From Myxococcales bacterium (lineage in GTDB: Bacteria > Myxococcota_A > Polyangia > Polyangiales > DASUME01), in contig JASGJH010000001.1 in the NCBI GenBank assembly GCA_047601445.1, positions 4,800,001 to 4,864,000 of the forward strand: a stretch of 64,000 bases of DNA. Direction: 5' to 3'. The notes below the pieces were generated by a model. The model ran no database searches. It was not told where the DNA came from and saw only the letters and a program-made list of their open reading frames with translations. A program made the translations under genes and the position numbers. Positions 9,195 through 18,386 of the stretch are shown here, piece after piece; within the stretch, counting starts at the first letter, position 1, and each line of letters starts with the position of its first letter.

Positions 9195-10328
9195 ATGACG
9201 CTGCGTCCAACACAGCTCCGGGTCCATGCCCGGAGACACTCGCCTCGAAGTGCCCGCTTCTTGGTCGTCCCGCTTTTGGCCGTGCTGGCGTTGGTCGGCG
9301 TCGCCTGCGGGGATGACGACGCCAAGGGCCCACCCAGCTACGTGGGCAAGCAGACCTCCTCGCTCGTGACCGTGAGCAACGGCGGCAAGCTCGAAGTGGG
9401 CGCGGTGTCGGTGGAGATCCCCAAGACCGCCATCGACGCCGACAAGGAGATCACGGTGAAGGTGGTCTCCAAGAAGGGACTGCCCTCCGAGAAGGAAGTC
9501 GCCATCGACGTCTACGAGTTCGGGCCCGAGACCAAATTCTCCATGCCCGTGAAGATGACGTTCGACCTCAAGGGCGTCTCCGTGGGCAACAAGAAGGCGG
9601 ACATCGCCTACCTCGATGAAGAAAAGGGCGCCTGGGAGAAGCTCACCGACTCCGTCACCAAGGACGGCAAGGTCACGGCCACCACCGACCACTTCAGCCA
9701 GTACACCGTGCTGCTCTCGCCGGGCACCGGCGGCGGGGGTGGCGGCGGCTTCGGCCTCGCCTGTCAGAACACGGGCTTTTCGGCCTGCGGCGGCGACCCC
9801 ACGGGAACCTGGACCTATCAGACGGCCTGCAGCTCGTCGCTGCCCGACGCCGCGGACGGCGGTATCGCGCTCCCCTGCAAGAACCCCGGGAAGTACGAGA
9901 GCGGCATCGAGATCTCCGGCACCATCACCTTCAACGCCGACCACACGTATCAGGTCAACCAGACCACCACCACCACGCTCAACTGGGTGATCCCGCTCAG
10001 CTGCCTCACCGAGGTCAGCCAGCAGATCGGCCAGCCCTACACCTGCGACATGTTCAGCGGCAAGATCGAGGGCGACAACTGCGTCGCGGGAACCGGTGAC
10101 GCCCAGCCCAGCACGCTCGACGACATGGGCACGTTCACGATCGACGGCACGACACTGAAGACGACCAACTACGACGCGGACACGCTGGACTCGGGCATTT
10201 TCGAGGACGCCGGCGTGAGCCCCTACGCGATGGCCGAATTCTGTGTCTCCGGCAATCAGCTGCGTGTGCGCTACGCCGACGACTCCTATCAGCAGGGCTT
10301 GATCACCGAGTTCACGGCGACCAAGTAG
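9195..10328 (+). CDS. Lipoprotein with N-terminal ZU5-like domain and Cys-containing C-terminal domain
   Basis: GGAGGG RBS before ATG 9195; lipobox GVAC-GDDD; GGKL...VEIPKTAI...YEFGPETKF...TDHFS; poly-Gly linker; ACGGDPTGTW. Confidence 0.75.
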   Translation: MTLRPTQLRVHARRHSPRSARFLVVPLLAVLALVGVACGDDDAKGPPSYVGKQTSSLVTVSNGGKLEVGAVSVEIPKTAIDADKEITVKVVSKKGLPSEKEVAIDVYEFGPETKFSMPVKMTFDLKGVSVGNKKADIAYLDEEKGAWEKLTDSVTKDGKVTATTDHFSQYTVLLSPGTGGGGGGGFGLACQNTGFSACGGDPTGTWTYQTACSSSLPDAADGGIALPCKNPGKYESGIEISGTITFNADHTYQVNQTTTTTLNWVIPLSCLTEVSQQIGQPYTCDMFSGKIEGDNCVAGTGDAQPSTLDDMGTFTIDGTTLKTTNYDADTLDSGIFEDAGVSPYAMAEFCVSGNQLRVRYADDSYQQGLITEFTATK

Positions 10329-10334
10329 GCCTGC

Positions 10335-10910
10335 TCAGAGCACCCGATTCAAGGCCTCGACGCCCCGCGCGATCTTCACCTGGAAGTCGCGCTCATGGGG
10401 TACGTGAACGAAGTGCGGGTGCGCTCCCCAGACCGCGCGCAGCCGTCGGTCGATTTCCACGGCCGTCTCCAGGTCTTCCATGCGCACGTGGTTGCCCTCG
10501 GCGATGGAGAACCCGCCCAGCGCCGCGCTCTCCATGAACAGCACGGCGTCGTAGCGGGCGAGCTCCTGCTCGTGGGTGGTCTCGAGGCAGCGGAAGAAGT
10601 CCTGGTGACCGCTGGGCCAGTAGCCGCCACCGTCGGGGGTGCCGCGGTCACACAGCAGGACCTGGCCAGGCTTGAGGCGCGCCTCGTGGAACGACTCGAG
10701 CTGCTTCTGCACGGCGAAGATGGCTCGCTGCACGGCCTCGCGTTCGCTCGAGCAGGAGACCTGCGGGAAGATGTGGTGGAACATCAAGGTGGCGACCTCG
10801 GGCACCGCCACGAGCTCGGCCGCGCACTCCATGGACAGCGCGCGCCACAGCGTGGTCTTGCCCGCGCCGGGTCCGCCCGTCACTGCGATGCGTCGCGCCG
10901 CTTGCGCCAC
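10335..10910 (-). CDS. P-loop NTPase/kinase (NadR/Ttd14 AAA_28-like)
   Basis: RIAVTGGPGAGKTT Walker A, VPEVAT, LCDRG, YDAVLFME; GTG start 4 nt after upp stop. Confidence 0.8.
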   Translation of the reverse strand: MAQAARRIAVTGGPGAGKTTLWRALSMECAAELVAVPEVATLMFHHIFPQVSCSSEREAVQRAIFAVQKQLESFHEARLKPGQVLLCDRGTPDGGGYWPSGHQDFFRCLETTHEQELARYDAVLFMESAALGGFSIAEGNHVRMEDLETAVEIDRRLRAVWGAHPHFVHVPHERDFQVKIARGVEALNRVL

Positions 10911-10914
10911 ACCT

Positions 10915-11547
10915 TTACTCCGTGCCGTAGAGGCGGTCGCCCACGTCGCCGAGGCCCGGCACGATGAAGCCCCGCGCGTTGAGCGACTCGTCGACTGCAC
11001 AGGTGTAGACAGGCACCTCGGGGTGCTCGTCGTGGAAGTGACGCAAGCCCTCGTGGCAGGCCACCAGGCACACGAAGCGCACCGAACGCGCGCCACTCTC
11101 CTGCACGCGCCGCACCGCGGCCGCCGCCGAGCTTCCGGTGGCCAGCACGGACGAGACCACGATGGCGTCGCGCTCGGTCATGCTGTGCGGCAGCTTCAGG
11201 TAGTACTCCACCGCCGTGCCGAGCTTGGGATCGCGGTACAGGCCGATGTGTCCCACGCGCGCCGAGGGCAGCACGGTGAGCATGCCGTCGAGCACCCCGA
11301 GACCCGCACGCAGGATCGCAACCAGGACGGTCTTCTTGCCGTCGAGCTCCACCCCGTGGGCCGGTCCGAGCGGCGTTTCGATCTCCACGGGACGCGTGGG
11401 GGCGTCGCGCATGACCTCGTAGGCGAGCAACGCGCCGATCTCCTGGGTCAGCGAGCGAAAGCCGCGCGTGCTCAGGTTCTTGTCGCGCAGCAGCGTGAGC
11501 TTGTGCTGGACCAGGGGGTGATAGAGAACGTGAATCTCGCGAGACAT
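10915..11547 (-). CDS. upp: Uracil phosphoribosyltransferase (divergent PRPP loop)
   Basis: HPLVQHKLTLLRD, ILRAGLG, ARVGHIGLYRD, IVPGLGDVGDRLYGT. Confidence 0.9.
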   Translation of the reverse strand: MSREIHVLYHPLVQHKLTLLRDKNLSTRGFRSLTQEIGALLAYEVMRDAPTRPVEIETPLGPAHGVELDGKKTVLVAILRAGLGVLDGMLTVLPSARVGHIGLYRDPKLGTAVEYYLKLPHSMTERDAIVVSSVLATGSSAAAAVRRVQESGARSVRFVCLVACHEGLRHFHDEHPEVPVYTCAVDESLNARGFIVPGLGDVGDRLYGTE

Positions 11548-11591
11548 GATGACTGACCTCGAACCCGTCTTTCGAACGACGGGCAGCTCCA

Positions 11592-12833
11592 TCAAAACAC
11601 GGTACCGTCGCTGAGCACACGAATTGGCGGCCCACCATCGGACCGGCGCCGCGCTGCGAACTCGCGCCCTAGCGCCCAGGTGCCTCCCTCGAGCACGGCC
11701 GCCAGGGGAAGCCGTTCCGCCGGGACCCCGAGCGCGGCGCGCACGAGGGGCGCCACGCGGTCGAGCAAGGCCACCGTGAGCGCGCGCCATTCCACCACCA
11801 GCTCCGAGCCCACCTCGTGCGCCTCGGACAGCACGCCCGGGTGCTTGGGCAGCAACACCCCCGCATCCACGAACAGGCCACCATTGCGGTACTCGGCGAG
11901 CCCCGTGAGCGCATCGAGGTCCACGACCTCGAGACCCGACACGCGCAGCGGATGGAGCAGCGAGTAGCTCAGCCACTGGGACAGCTTGTGGAAGGGCACC
12001 AAGCCCGCCGTGAGCCCCTGCCCGCCTGCGCGAGGATGACGCCACACGTCCCCGAGTGGAACACCACCGAGGCTCAAGCGACCCGGCCAGATGCCGCCGA
12101 GCCCCTCGAGCACGGCGCTCAAGATGGACTCGGCCGGAAGCACGCCCTGGTCGGCTTTGGACCACAGATGATCGACCAGGCCGCCTGGCCGCGCTTGCCC
12201 GGCAAAGATGGGCGAGCTCGAGACCGCCCGGCCGAGCGCTCGCAACAGCGCCACGCGACCGGCCATCCCCACCAGCGGATTGTCCACGCTGACCTGGAAG
12301 GCATCCGCCAACGCGCGCTCGTCCACTGCCGCCAAGCCTGCCGCGTCGACCTCGAAGGGTCGGCCGCGACTCGAGAGTCCACCGCGCTCGAGCCAGACGA
12401 GGCTGGCCACCGCGAGGCCCTCGGAGCGCCCCAACGCAAGACCCGTCTCGGCCTCACGGAAGCGCCAGGCCATCCCCGCACCGGCGTCGAGCAACACGCT
12501 GGCCACCACCACGTCCAGGAGCGCCCGTGCGCGCTCCTTGGGTGCGAGCTCGCCCAGCGCCCGCTCGACGCGAGCCAGCCGCGGCACACCGCCCGCATCG
12601 AAGTGCCCGAAGCGGCTGTGGGCCGGGATCTCGAGAGACGGAAAGCGGCGCCTGGTGAGGTCCGCGGTCTCGCGCGCGACCTCGTCGAGTCGCGCCATGT
12701 CCACGGCGAAGTGCGTGAGCTCCCCGCGCAACCCGGCCTCGAAGATGTTGCCCGTGCGCTCCCGGATCGCCCGTCCTGCGCCGAGCTCGCGCGCGGCGGC
12801 GGCGCCATCCACTGCCACGCCTACCTCACTCAT
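11592..12833 (-). CDS. URC4/urg3 family protein (DUF1688)
   Basis: IPAHSRFGHF, SVLLDAGAG, RSEGLAVAS, PFHKLSQWLSYSL, LTGLAEYRNGGLFVD, VVEWRALTV, LEGGTW, SDGTVF end. Confidence 0.9.
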   Translation of the reverse strand: MSEVGVAVDGAAAARELGAGRAIRERTGNIFEAGLRGELTHFAVDMARLDEVARETADLTRRRFPSLEIPAHSRFGHFDAGGVPRLARVERALGELAPKERARALLDVVVASVLLDAGAGMAWRFREAETGLALGRSEGLAVASLVWLERGGLSSRGRPFEVDAAGLAAVDERALADAFQVSVDNPLVGMAGRVALLRALGRAVSSSPIFAGQARPGGLVDHLWSKADQGVLPAESILSAVLEGLGGIWPGRLSLGGVPLGDVWRHPRAGGQGLTAGLVPFHKLSQWLSYSLLHPLRVSGLEVVDLDALTGLAEYRNGGLFVDAGVLLPKHPGVLSEAHEVGSELVVEWRALTVALLDRVAPLVRAALGVPAERLPLAAVLEGGTWALGREFAARRRSDGGPPIRVLSDGTVF

Positions 12834-14181
12834 CGAGCTCGCGTCCCTTCACCTTGGCCAGCATTTCGGGCGGCGGGATGGAGCCCTCGGTGTAGTAACC
12901 GGCCGCGATCTTGGCTTCGATCTCGACGCGCGCGTCGGCGGGCACCAACCCATCCGGAATCTTCACGCGCTGTCCGATGGTGATGCCCGACTTCGTGATG
13001 GCGTCGTACTTCACGTTGCTCATCGAGACGAAGCGGTGGATGTGGCGGATGCCGAGCCAGTGCAGCACGTCCGGCATCAGCTCCTGGAAGCGCACGTCTT
13101 GCACGCCCGCTACGCACTCCGTGCGCGCGAAGTAGGCGTCGGCGCGATCGCCGCCCTCTTGACGCTTGCGCGCGTTGTAGACCAGAAACTTGGTGACCTC
13201 ACCGAGCGCACGGCCTTCCTTGCGCGAGTACGCGATGAGACCGGTGCCACCCTCCTGGGCCTGTCGGATGCACTCCTCGATGGCGTGCGTGAGATAGGGG
13301 CGACAGGTGCAGATGTCCGAGCCGAACACGTCGGATCCGTTGCACTCGTCGTGCACGCGCGCCGTGAGCGGCACCGAGGAGTCGTGAATCTTCTCGATGT
13401 CCCCGAACATGTAGAGCGTCTGACCGCCGATGGGTGGCAAGAACACCTCGAGATCGCCGCGCGTGACGAGCTCCGGATACATGCCCGCGGTCTCTTCGAA
13501 CAGGGTGTGCCGCAGCTCGGTCTCGTCGACGCCGAAGCGCCTGGCCACGCCAGGCAAATACCAGGCAGGCTCGATGGCGGCCTTGGTGACCACGACGTCG
13601 CCCGAAGCGCGCAGCACCCGTCCATCGGGCTTGAGCCGACCGCGCTCGATAGCGCTCTGGATCTCCGGTAGGTGCAAATGCGCCTGCGTGATGGCGATGG
13701 TCGGCTGGATGTTGTAACCGCGACGCAGCTCCTCGCTGAAGACCTCGCTCACCATGTGCCCGTAGGGATCGATGGAGACGATACGCTCGGGATCGGCCCA
13801 GCCAGGGTGCGGACCGATTTGCGTGGTCGGGCGGGTGTTGGTCAGGTCCGCCTGGTGATCCGGGTCGAGCGCCCCGTAGGCCACCGCCAGCGCCCGGTAG
13901 ATGGCATAGGAGCCGGAGTGGGCGCCGATCACGTTTCTATGGTTGGGCTGGGTCAAGGTCGCGATCAGCGGACCGCGTTCCTCTGGTGTGGCGGCTCCCC
14001 AGCGGATGGGCAGGGGGCGAGGACCGTTGTTCCCCGGGTGAGTTAGCAGGCGAATGTGACCGTTTCTTCGGCGTTTCTTCGTCATCTTCTCGCTCGCGCG
14101 GGTCTCGCGCTTGGACCGACCTGTACCAGCCCGGGACGCCCCGCTGACCGTGCGGCGAGCGCGCTCCGGAACTTTGGACAT
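12826..14181 (-). CDS. URC1/urg1-type GTP cyclohydrolase II family protein (start may be the later MTKKRR ATG)
   Basis: N-terminal IRWGA...RGP...RNVIGAHSGSYAIYRALA extension; RVHDECNGSDVFGSDICTCRPYL, RKEGRALGEVTKFLVYNARK. Confidence 0.9.
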   Translation of the reverse strand: MSKVPERARRTVSGASRAGTGRSKRETRASEKMTKKRRRNGHIRLLTHPGNNGPRPLPIRWGAATPEERGPLIATLTQPNHRNVIGAHSGSYAIYRALAVAYGALDPDHQADLTNTRPTTQIGPHPGWADPERIVSIDPYGHMVSEVFSEELRRGYNIQPTIAITQAHLHLPEIQSAIERGRLKPDGRVLRASGDVVVTKAAIEPAWYLPGVARRFGVDETELRHTLFEETAGMYPELVTRGDLEVFLPPIGGQTLYMFGDIEKIHDSSVPLTARVHDECNGSDVFGSDICTCRPYLTHAIEECIRQAQEGGTGLIAYSRKEGRALGEVTKFLVYNARKRQEGGDRADAYFARTECVAGVQDVRFQELMPDVLHWLGIRHIHRFVSMSNVKYDAITKSGITIGQRVKIPDGLVPADARVEIEAKIAAGYYTEGSIPPPEMLAKVKGRELDE

Positions 14182-14348
14182 AGTACCGCGCTCAGCGCGC
14201 GGAATCCCGAGTACGAACGGAGCTGAGACGACCTCACGCCGGGTGACACGGTGTTCCAGGACCTACAAGGTCCCACTCGACTGTCTATTCCCAGCGTTGG
14301 GGAGGTTCGGCCAGGGGCCGTTTGTGAGAAGATGGACGTCCTGCTCCG

Positions 14349-17300
14349 ATGTCCGTAGCTTCCCGCCCGCGCGAAGACTCAAGCCTGAATACCGTCGTGG
14401 CCGGGCGCTACCAACTGATCGAGCGCCTGTCTCAAGGCGGCATGGGCGAGGTCTTTGCTGCGCGAGACACCACCAGTGGTCGCAAGGTCGCACTCAAGCG
14501 CCTGTTGCCCGCCCACCGCCAACGGGCGGCTTTGTTTCGGGCCGAGTACCACACGCTGGCGCGCCTGCGTCACCCGTACATCATCCAGGTCCAGGACTTC
14601 GGACTCGACGGCGAGACGCCCTACTACACGATGGAGCTCCTCGACGGGCAGGACCTGCTCGAGACGGGACCATCCGACTACCACGAGTCCTGTCGCATGC
14701 TGCGAGACGTGGCCACCTCGCTGGCCCTGCTGCACGCGCAGCGGTTGCTGCACCGCGACCTGAGCCCACGCAACGTCCGCAAGACCAGCTCGGGTCGCTG
14801 CAAGCTGTTCGACTTCGGCATGATGGTCCCCTTCGGCGTGCCACCGAACTTGGCCGGCACGCCACCGTTCGTGTCGCCCGAAGCGTGGGAAGGCTCGGTG
14901 CTCGACCAGCGCTCGGACATCTATTCGCTGGGCGCGCTCGCCTACTGGTTGATCACGCGCAAGCTGCCCTATGAGCCCAAGAGCACGGCGCAGCACGGCT
15001 ACGCAGGCGTCGGCCCACCCGCGCGACTGCGCAAGAGCGTGCCGGACTTGCCCGAGGCCCTCGATGACCTCGTGATGTCCATGCTCGAGCTCGACCCCGT
15101 GAAGCGTCCGTCATCGGCCGCGGAGGTCATCGTACGGCTCAATCAGATCGCGGGGCTCGAGCCGGACGACGCGGTGGAGCTCGCGCAGAGCTACCTGAGC
15201 AGCGCGCGCTTCGTAAGCCGTCGCAAAGAGCTCTCCATCATCGATCAAGCCCTGGCCCGCGCAGTGGAGCGGCGCGGCGGTGGCTTGCTCGTGACGGGCG
15301 CGGGTGGCATCGGGCGCACGCGACTCCTGCAGGAGGTGGCGTTGCTGGCGCAGACGCGGGGCGCGCGCATCGTGCGTGCCTTCGGAGCGGGTGGCAGCTC
15401 GAGCGGCGAGCTGGTGCGGGAGATCTATCAGGGGCTCAGGCGAGCGGCCCCCGAGGCGTTCAAGCTGCTCGACTATCGCGACCAGGCCATCGTCAAGCAG
15501 CTCGACCGCGAGTCGCGCAACCCTCAGCAGCCCAACACGCCGAGCCCGGAGGCACGCGCGCGCTTGCACGCCGCGCTCAGCGCCTACGCCCACGTGGCCA
15601 CGGCCGAGGGCACCTGGGTGTTCCTGATCGACGACCTGCACGTCGCCGATCCCTTCTCGAACGCCTTCGTGGCCTCGCTCGCGCGCGAGGCCGAGAACCG
15701 CGCACTCTTGGTGGTGGCCACCGCCCGCGGCATGGAAGAGGAACTCACCGACACGCCGGCCGCGCTGTTCGCGAAGGACGCACGACACCTGGGCCTCGAG
15801 GACCTCGACCAGGACTCCATCCGCGCCATCTGCAGCTCGCTGTTCGGCGCCGTGCCCAACCTCGATCGGCTCATCGCCTGGCTGTACCGGCAGGCGCGCG
15901 GCAACCCAGCGTTGACCATGGAGCTCGCCTCGCTGCTCTTGCGCCGGGGCACGATTCGTTTTCTGGAAGGCGCGTTCTCGCTGCCGCGACACGACATCGA
16001 CGACGAAGTGCCGGCCGATCTGGCGCACACGCTGGCGCTGCGGTTAGACCCGCTGAGCAGCCATGCGCGCAAAGTTGCCGAGCTGGTCGCCACCTGCCGC
16101 GGCAGCGCCCCGCTCGAGCTGTGCCTCTCCGCCTGCGAAGGCAGCGCCGACGAGATCATGGCCGCGCTCGAGGAGCTGGTGCGCCACGGCGTGCTGATGA
16201 CCGCCCGCGGCGAGTACGCGTTCGCCCAGGAGGCCATGCGCAACGCAGTGCGCCTGACGCTCGTGCCCGCACGCGAGAAGCAGCTCCACGGACGCCTTGC
16301 GGATGCCTTGCTCGCGAGTCCCGCGCCCGACCTGGAGCACCGTCTCGAAGCGGGTTGGCACCTCGTCCACACGGATCAGGAGCAGCGCGGCGCGGACCTC
16401 TTGGCGCAAGTCACGCCGCCCTTGATCGAGTCCGGTCTGGCCTATGCGGGCGCCATGGCGGCAGCCGAGAAGGCGCTCGAGGTGTACGAGCGAACCCACG
16501 CCGCGCTCGAGAAACGACTGGCCCTGCGCACCATCTTGGTGCGTGCAGGGTTCCTGTACGACTACCGCCTGGCCCAGCGCTACGGCGTGGACACCATCCG
16601 GATGCTCGAGAACTGGATGGGCTTGCCGAGCTTGCGCCGCTTCGAGCGCTTCATCGGCGGCTTCCTGATGCTGGTCTTGGCGTTCGCGGTGACAGCGCTG
16701 AAGCGCGCCTTTGCCAGCCCCGAAAAGCGGGGTCCTCAGGCGTATCTGTCGCTGAAGTATTTGTGTCGCTCGCTGGTGTCGCTGCTGGGCGTGCGCGTCC
16801 TGGGGCTCGATGGTCCGGGCGCCGCCGAGCTGCTCGCCAAGATCACCTTCCTCGAAGATGCGCCTTCGTGGACCTCGGGCAAGCAGGTCTTCTTGATCGG
16901 GCGTGCGGTGGCGATGCAGCCCCTCGGCCGCGAAGTGGCGGTGCGCAGAGACGTCCAACTGGCGCTCGATCACCTCAACAACATGCGCGCTGCAGACATG
17001 TCGGAGGCCGAGCGGCTCGACGCGCGGGCGGGGCTCATGCTGTCGGGCGGCATCAACGAGTGCTACCGCGCAGGCTCGGACGCGCTGACCGCCGCCGATG
17101 CGGTGGAGGCGGTCGGCACGCAGTTGGCGCGCGCATCGGCCCAGCGTATTCGGCTCACGTATCACATGGTGCGCGGCGGGCGCGATGAGGCCGACCGTCA
17201 CCGCCGCATGCTCGACACCCACGCGATCCAGGGCGGTACCACCTGGCAGGTCGAGTGGTTCGCCGTCTCCGTGGAGGGCGTAGCGAGCGCGCGACTCGGG

Positions 17301-18371
17301 GACTTGGTGTCTGCGCGGCGCTCCCTGGAGCGACTCGAAGAACTGGTCCACGAGGTCCCAACGCTGACCCCGATGCGCGACATCATGCGAGTGATGTACC
17401 AGTGGCGGCGCGGCAACCTCGAAAAGGCCATCGAGCTCGGCGAGTACCTGGTCAACAAGTATCCGGCCAAGAGCGTGATCGGCTGGGTGGCGGGTTACGG
17501 AGCCTATGCGGGCGCGCTGAATGAGTCGGGGAACTATCAGAAGGCCCAGGAGATCTGCGAGCGAGCGCGGGCCGTCATCACGGACGCCGACCGCGAGTAC
17601 GCCATCATCTACAGCCATGTAGATCGCGAGCTCGCGGTGGCCCTGGCGGCGCAAGGACGGCGCGCCGAGGCCGAAGCCATCACCCAGAAGGCCATCAAGT
17701 TCTACGAAGAGCGACGCGAGTACGCCTGGCTCTACGCGGAGTACGAGAACGCCGCGCGCATCGCCAAGATCTGCGGGGACGGCGAAGGGGTTCGCGAGGC
17801 CGTGAAGAACATGCGCGAAGCCGCCAAGCGCGCCAACAGCAAGTTCCTGCTGGCCCAGTCCGCGCGCGCTGCCGCGACCCTGCTCCGGTCCTTGCCGCGC
17901 GCCGAGCGCGCGCCCGTGGAGGTGCAGGGTGCCGACATGATCACCCCCGTCGACGGCGGCGAAGAGGTCGAAGTCCACACGCCCGTGCGTGGCTTCACCC
18001 GCTCACGCGCGCGCAACGTGCTCAAGCGAGCCATGGACGAGGCGGGCGCCAACGCGGCTCACCTCTACGTGCTCGGCCCGGACGGCGCGGTGCTGACCGC
18101 GAGCGCCGGCGAAGACGACCCGCCCAGCCAGGTCGCCGATGAGGCTTGGTCCCTGGGCAACCACCACGAAGCCGTCGACTCGCAAGCCGAGAGCAAGCTG
18201 CGCATCCGCACGATCAACGCCCTCGAGCGCACCTACGAACTGATGCTCCTGCCGCGTCGCGACGGCGAGGCGCGCACCACGGTGCTGGCCCTGGAGCACC
18301 AGCACAACCGCGCAGCCACGGATTTGCCGGTGAGCGTGCTGGAAAAGCTCACGGCGTGGTCGGCGGACTAA
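14349..18371 (+). CDS. Ser/Thr protein kinase fused to AAA/STAND-like ATPase and TPR-like region
   Basis: GGMGEVF, VALKRL, HRDLSPRN, DFG, GTPPFVSPE; GAGGIGRT Walker A variant, IDDLH Walker B, RGNPAL; helical repeats. Confidence 0.85.
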   Translation: MSVASRPREDSSLNTVVAGRYQLIERLSQGGMGEVFAARDTTSGRKVALKRLLPAHRQRAALFRAEYHTLARLRHPYIIQVQDFGLDGETPYYTMELLDGQDLLETGPSDYHESCRMLRDVATSLALLHAQRLLHRDLSPRNVRKTSSGRCKLFDFGMMVPFGVPPNLAGTPPFVSPEAWEGSVLDQRSDIYSLGALAYWLITRKLPYEPKSTAQHGYAGVGPPARLRKSVPDLPEALDDLVMSMLELDPVKRPSSAAEVIVRLNQIAGLEPDDAVELAQSYLSSARFVSRRKELSIIDQALARAVERRGGGLLVTGAGGIGRTRLLQEVALLAQTRGARIVRAFGAGGSSSGELVREIYQGLRRAAPEAFKLLDYRDQAIVKQLDRESRNPQQPNTPSPEARARLHAALSAYAHVATAEGTWVFLIDDLHVADPFSNAFVASLAREAENRALLVVATARGMEEELTDTPAALFAKDARHLGLEDLDQDSIRAICSSLFGAVPNLDRLIAWLYRQARGNPALTMELASLLLRRGTIRFLEGAFSLPRHDIDDEVPADLAHTLALRLDPLSSHARKVAELVATCRGSAPLELCLSACEGSADEIMAALEELVRHGVLMTARGEYAFAQEAMRNAVRLTLVPAREKQLHGRLADALLASPAPDLEHRLEAGWHLVHTDQEQRGADLLAQVTPPLIESGLAYAGAMAAAEKALEVYERTHAALEKRLALRTILVRAGFLYDYRLAQRYGVDTIRMLENWMGLPSLRRFERFIGGFLMLVLAFAVTALKRAFASPEKRGPQAYLSLKYLCRSLVSLLGVRVLGLDGPGAAELLAKITFLEDAPSWTSGKQVFLIGRAVAMQPLGREVAVRRDVQLALDHLNNMRAADMSEAERLDARAGLMLSGGINECYRAGSDALTAADAVEAVGTQLARASAQRIRLTYHMVRGGRDEADRHRRMLDTHAIQGGTTWQVEWFAVSVEGVASARLGDLVSARRSLERLEELVHEVPTLTPMRDIMRVMYQWRRGNLEKAIELGEYLVNKYPAKSVIGWVAGYGAYAGALNESGNYQKAQEICERARAVITDADREYAIIYSHVDRELAVALAAQGRRAEAEAITQKAIKFYEERREYAWLYAEYENAARIAKICGDGEGVREAVKNMREAAKRANSKFLLAQSARAAATLLRSLPRAERAPVEVQGADMITPVDGGEEVEVHTPVRGFTRSRARNVLKRAMDEAGANAAHLYVLGPDGAVLTASAGEDDPPSQVADEAWSLGNHHEAVDSQAESKLRIRTINALERTYELMLLPRRDGEARTTVLALEHQHNRAATDLPVSVLEKLTAWSAD

Positions 18372-18386
18372 ACGCCCCGCCAAAAC

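Noticed and set aside
12826..14181. ribA / riboflavin synthesis
   Set aside because: URC1-type N-terminal extension and URC4-upp context; no other rib genes nearby
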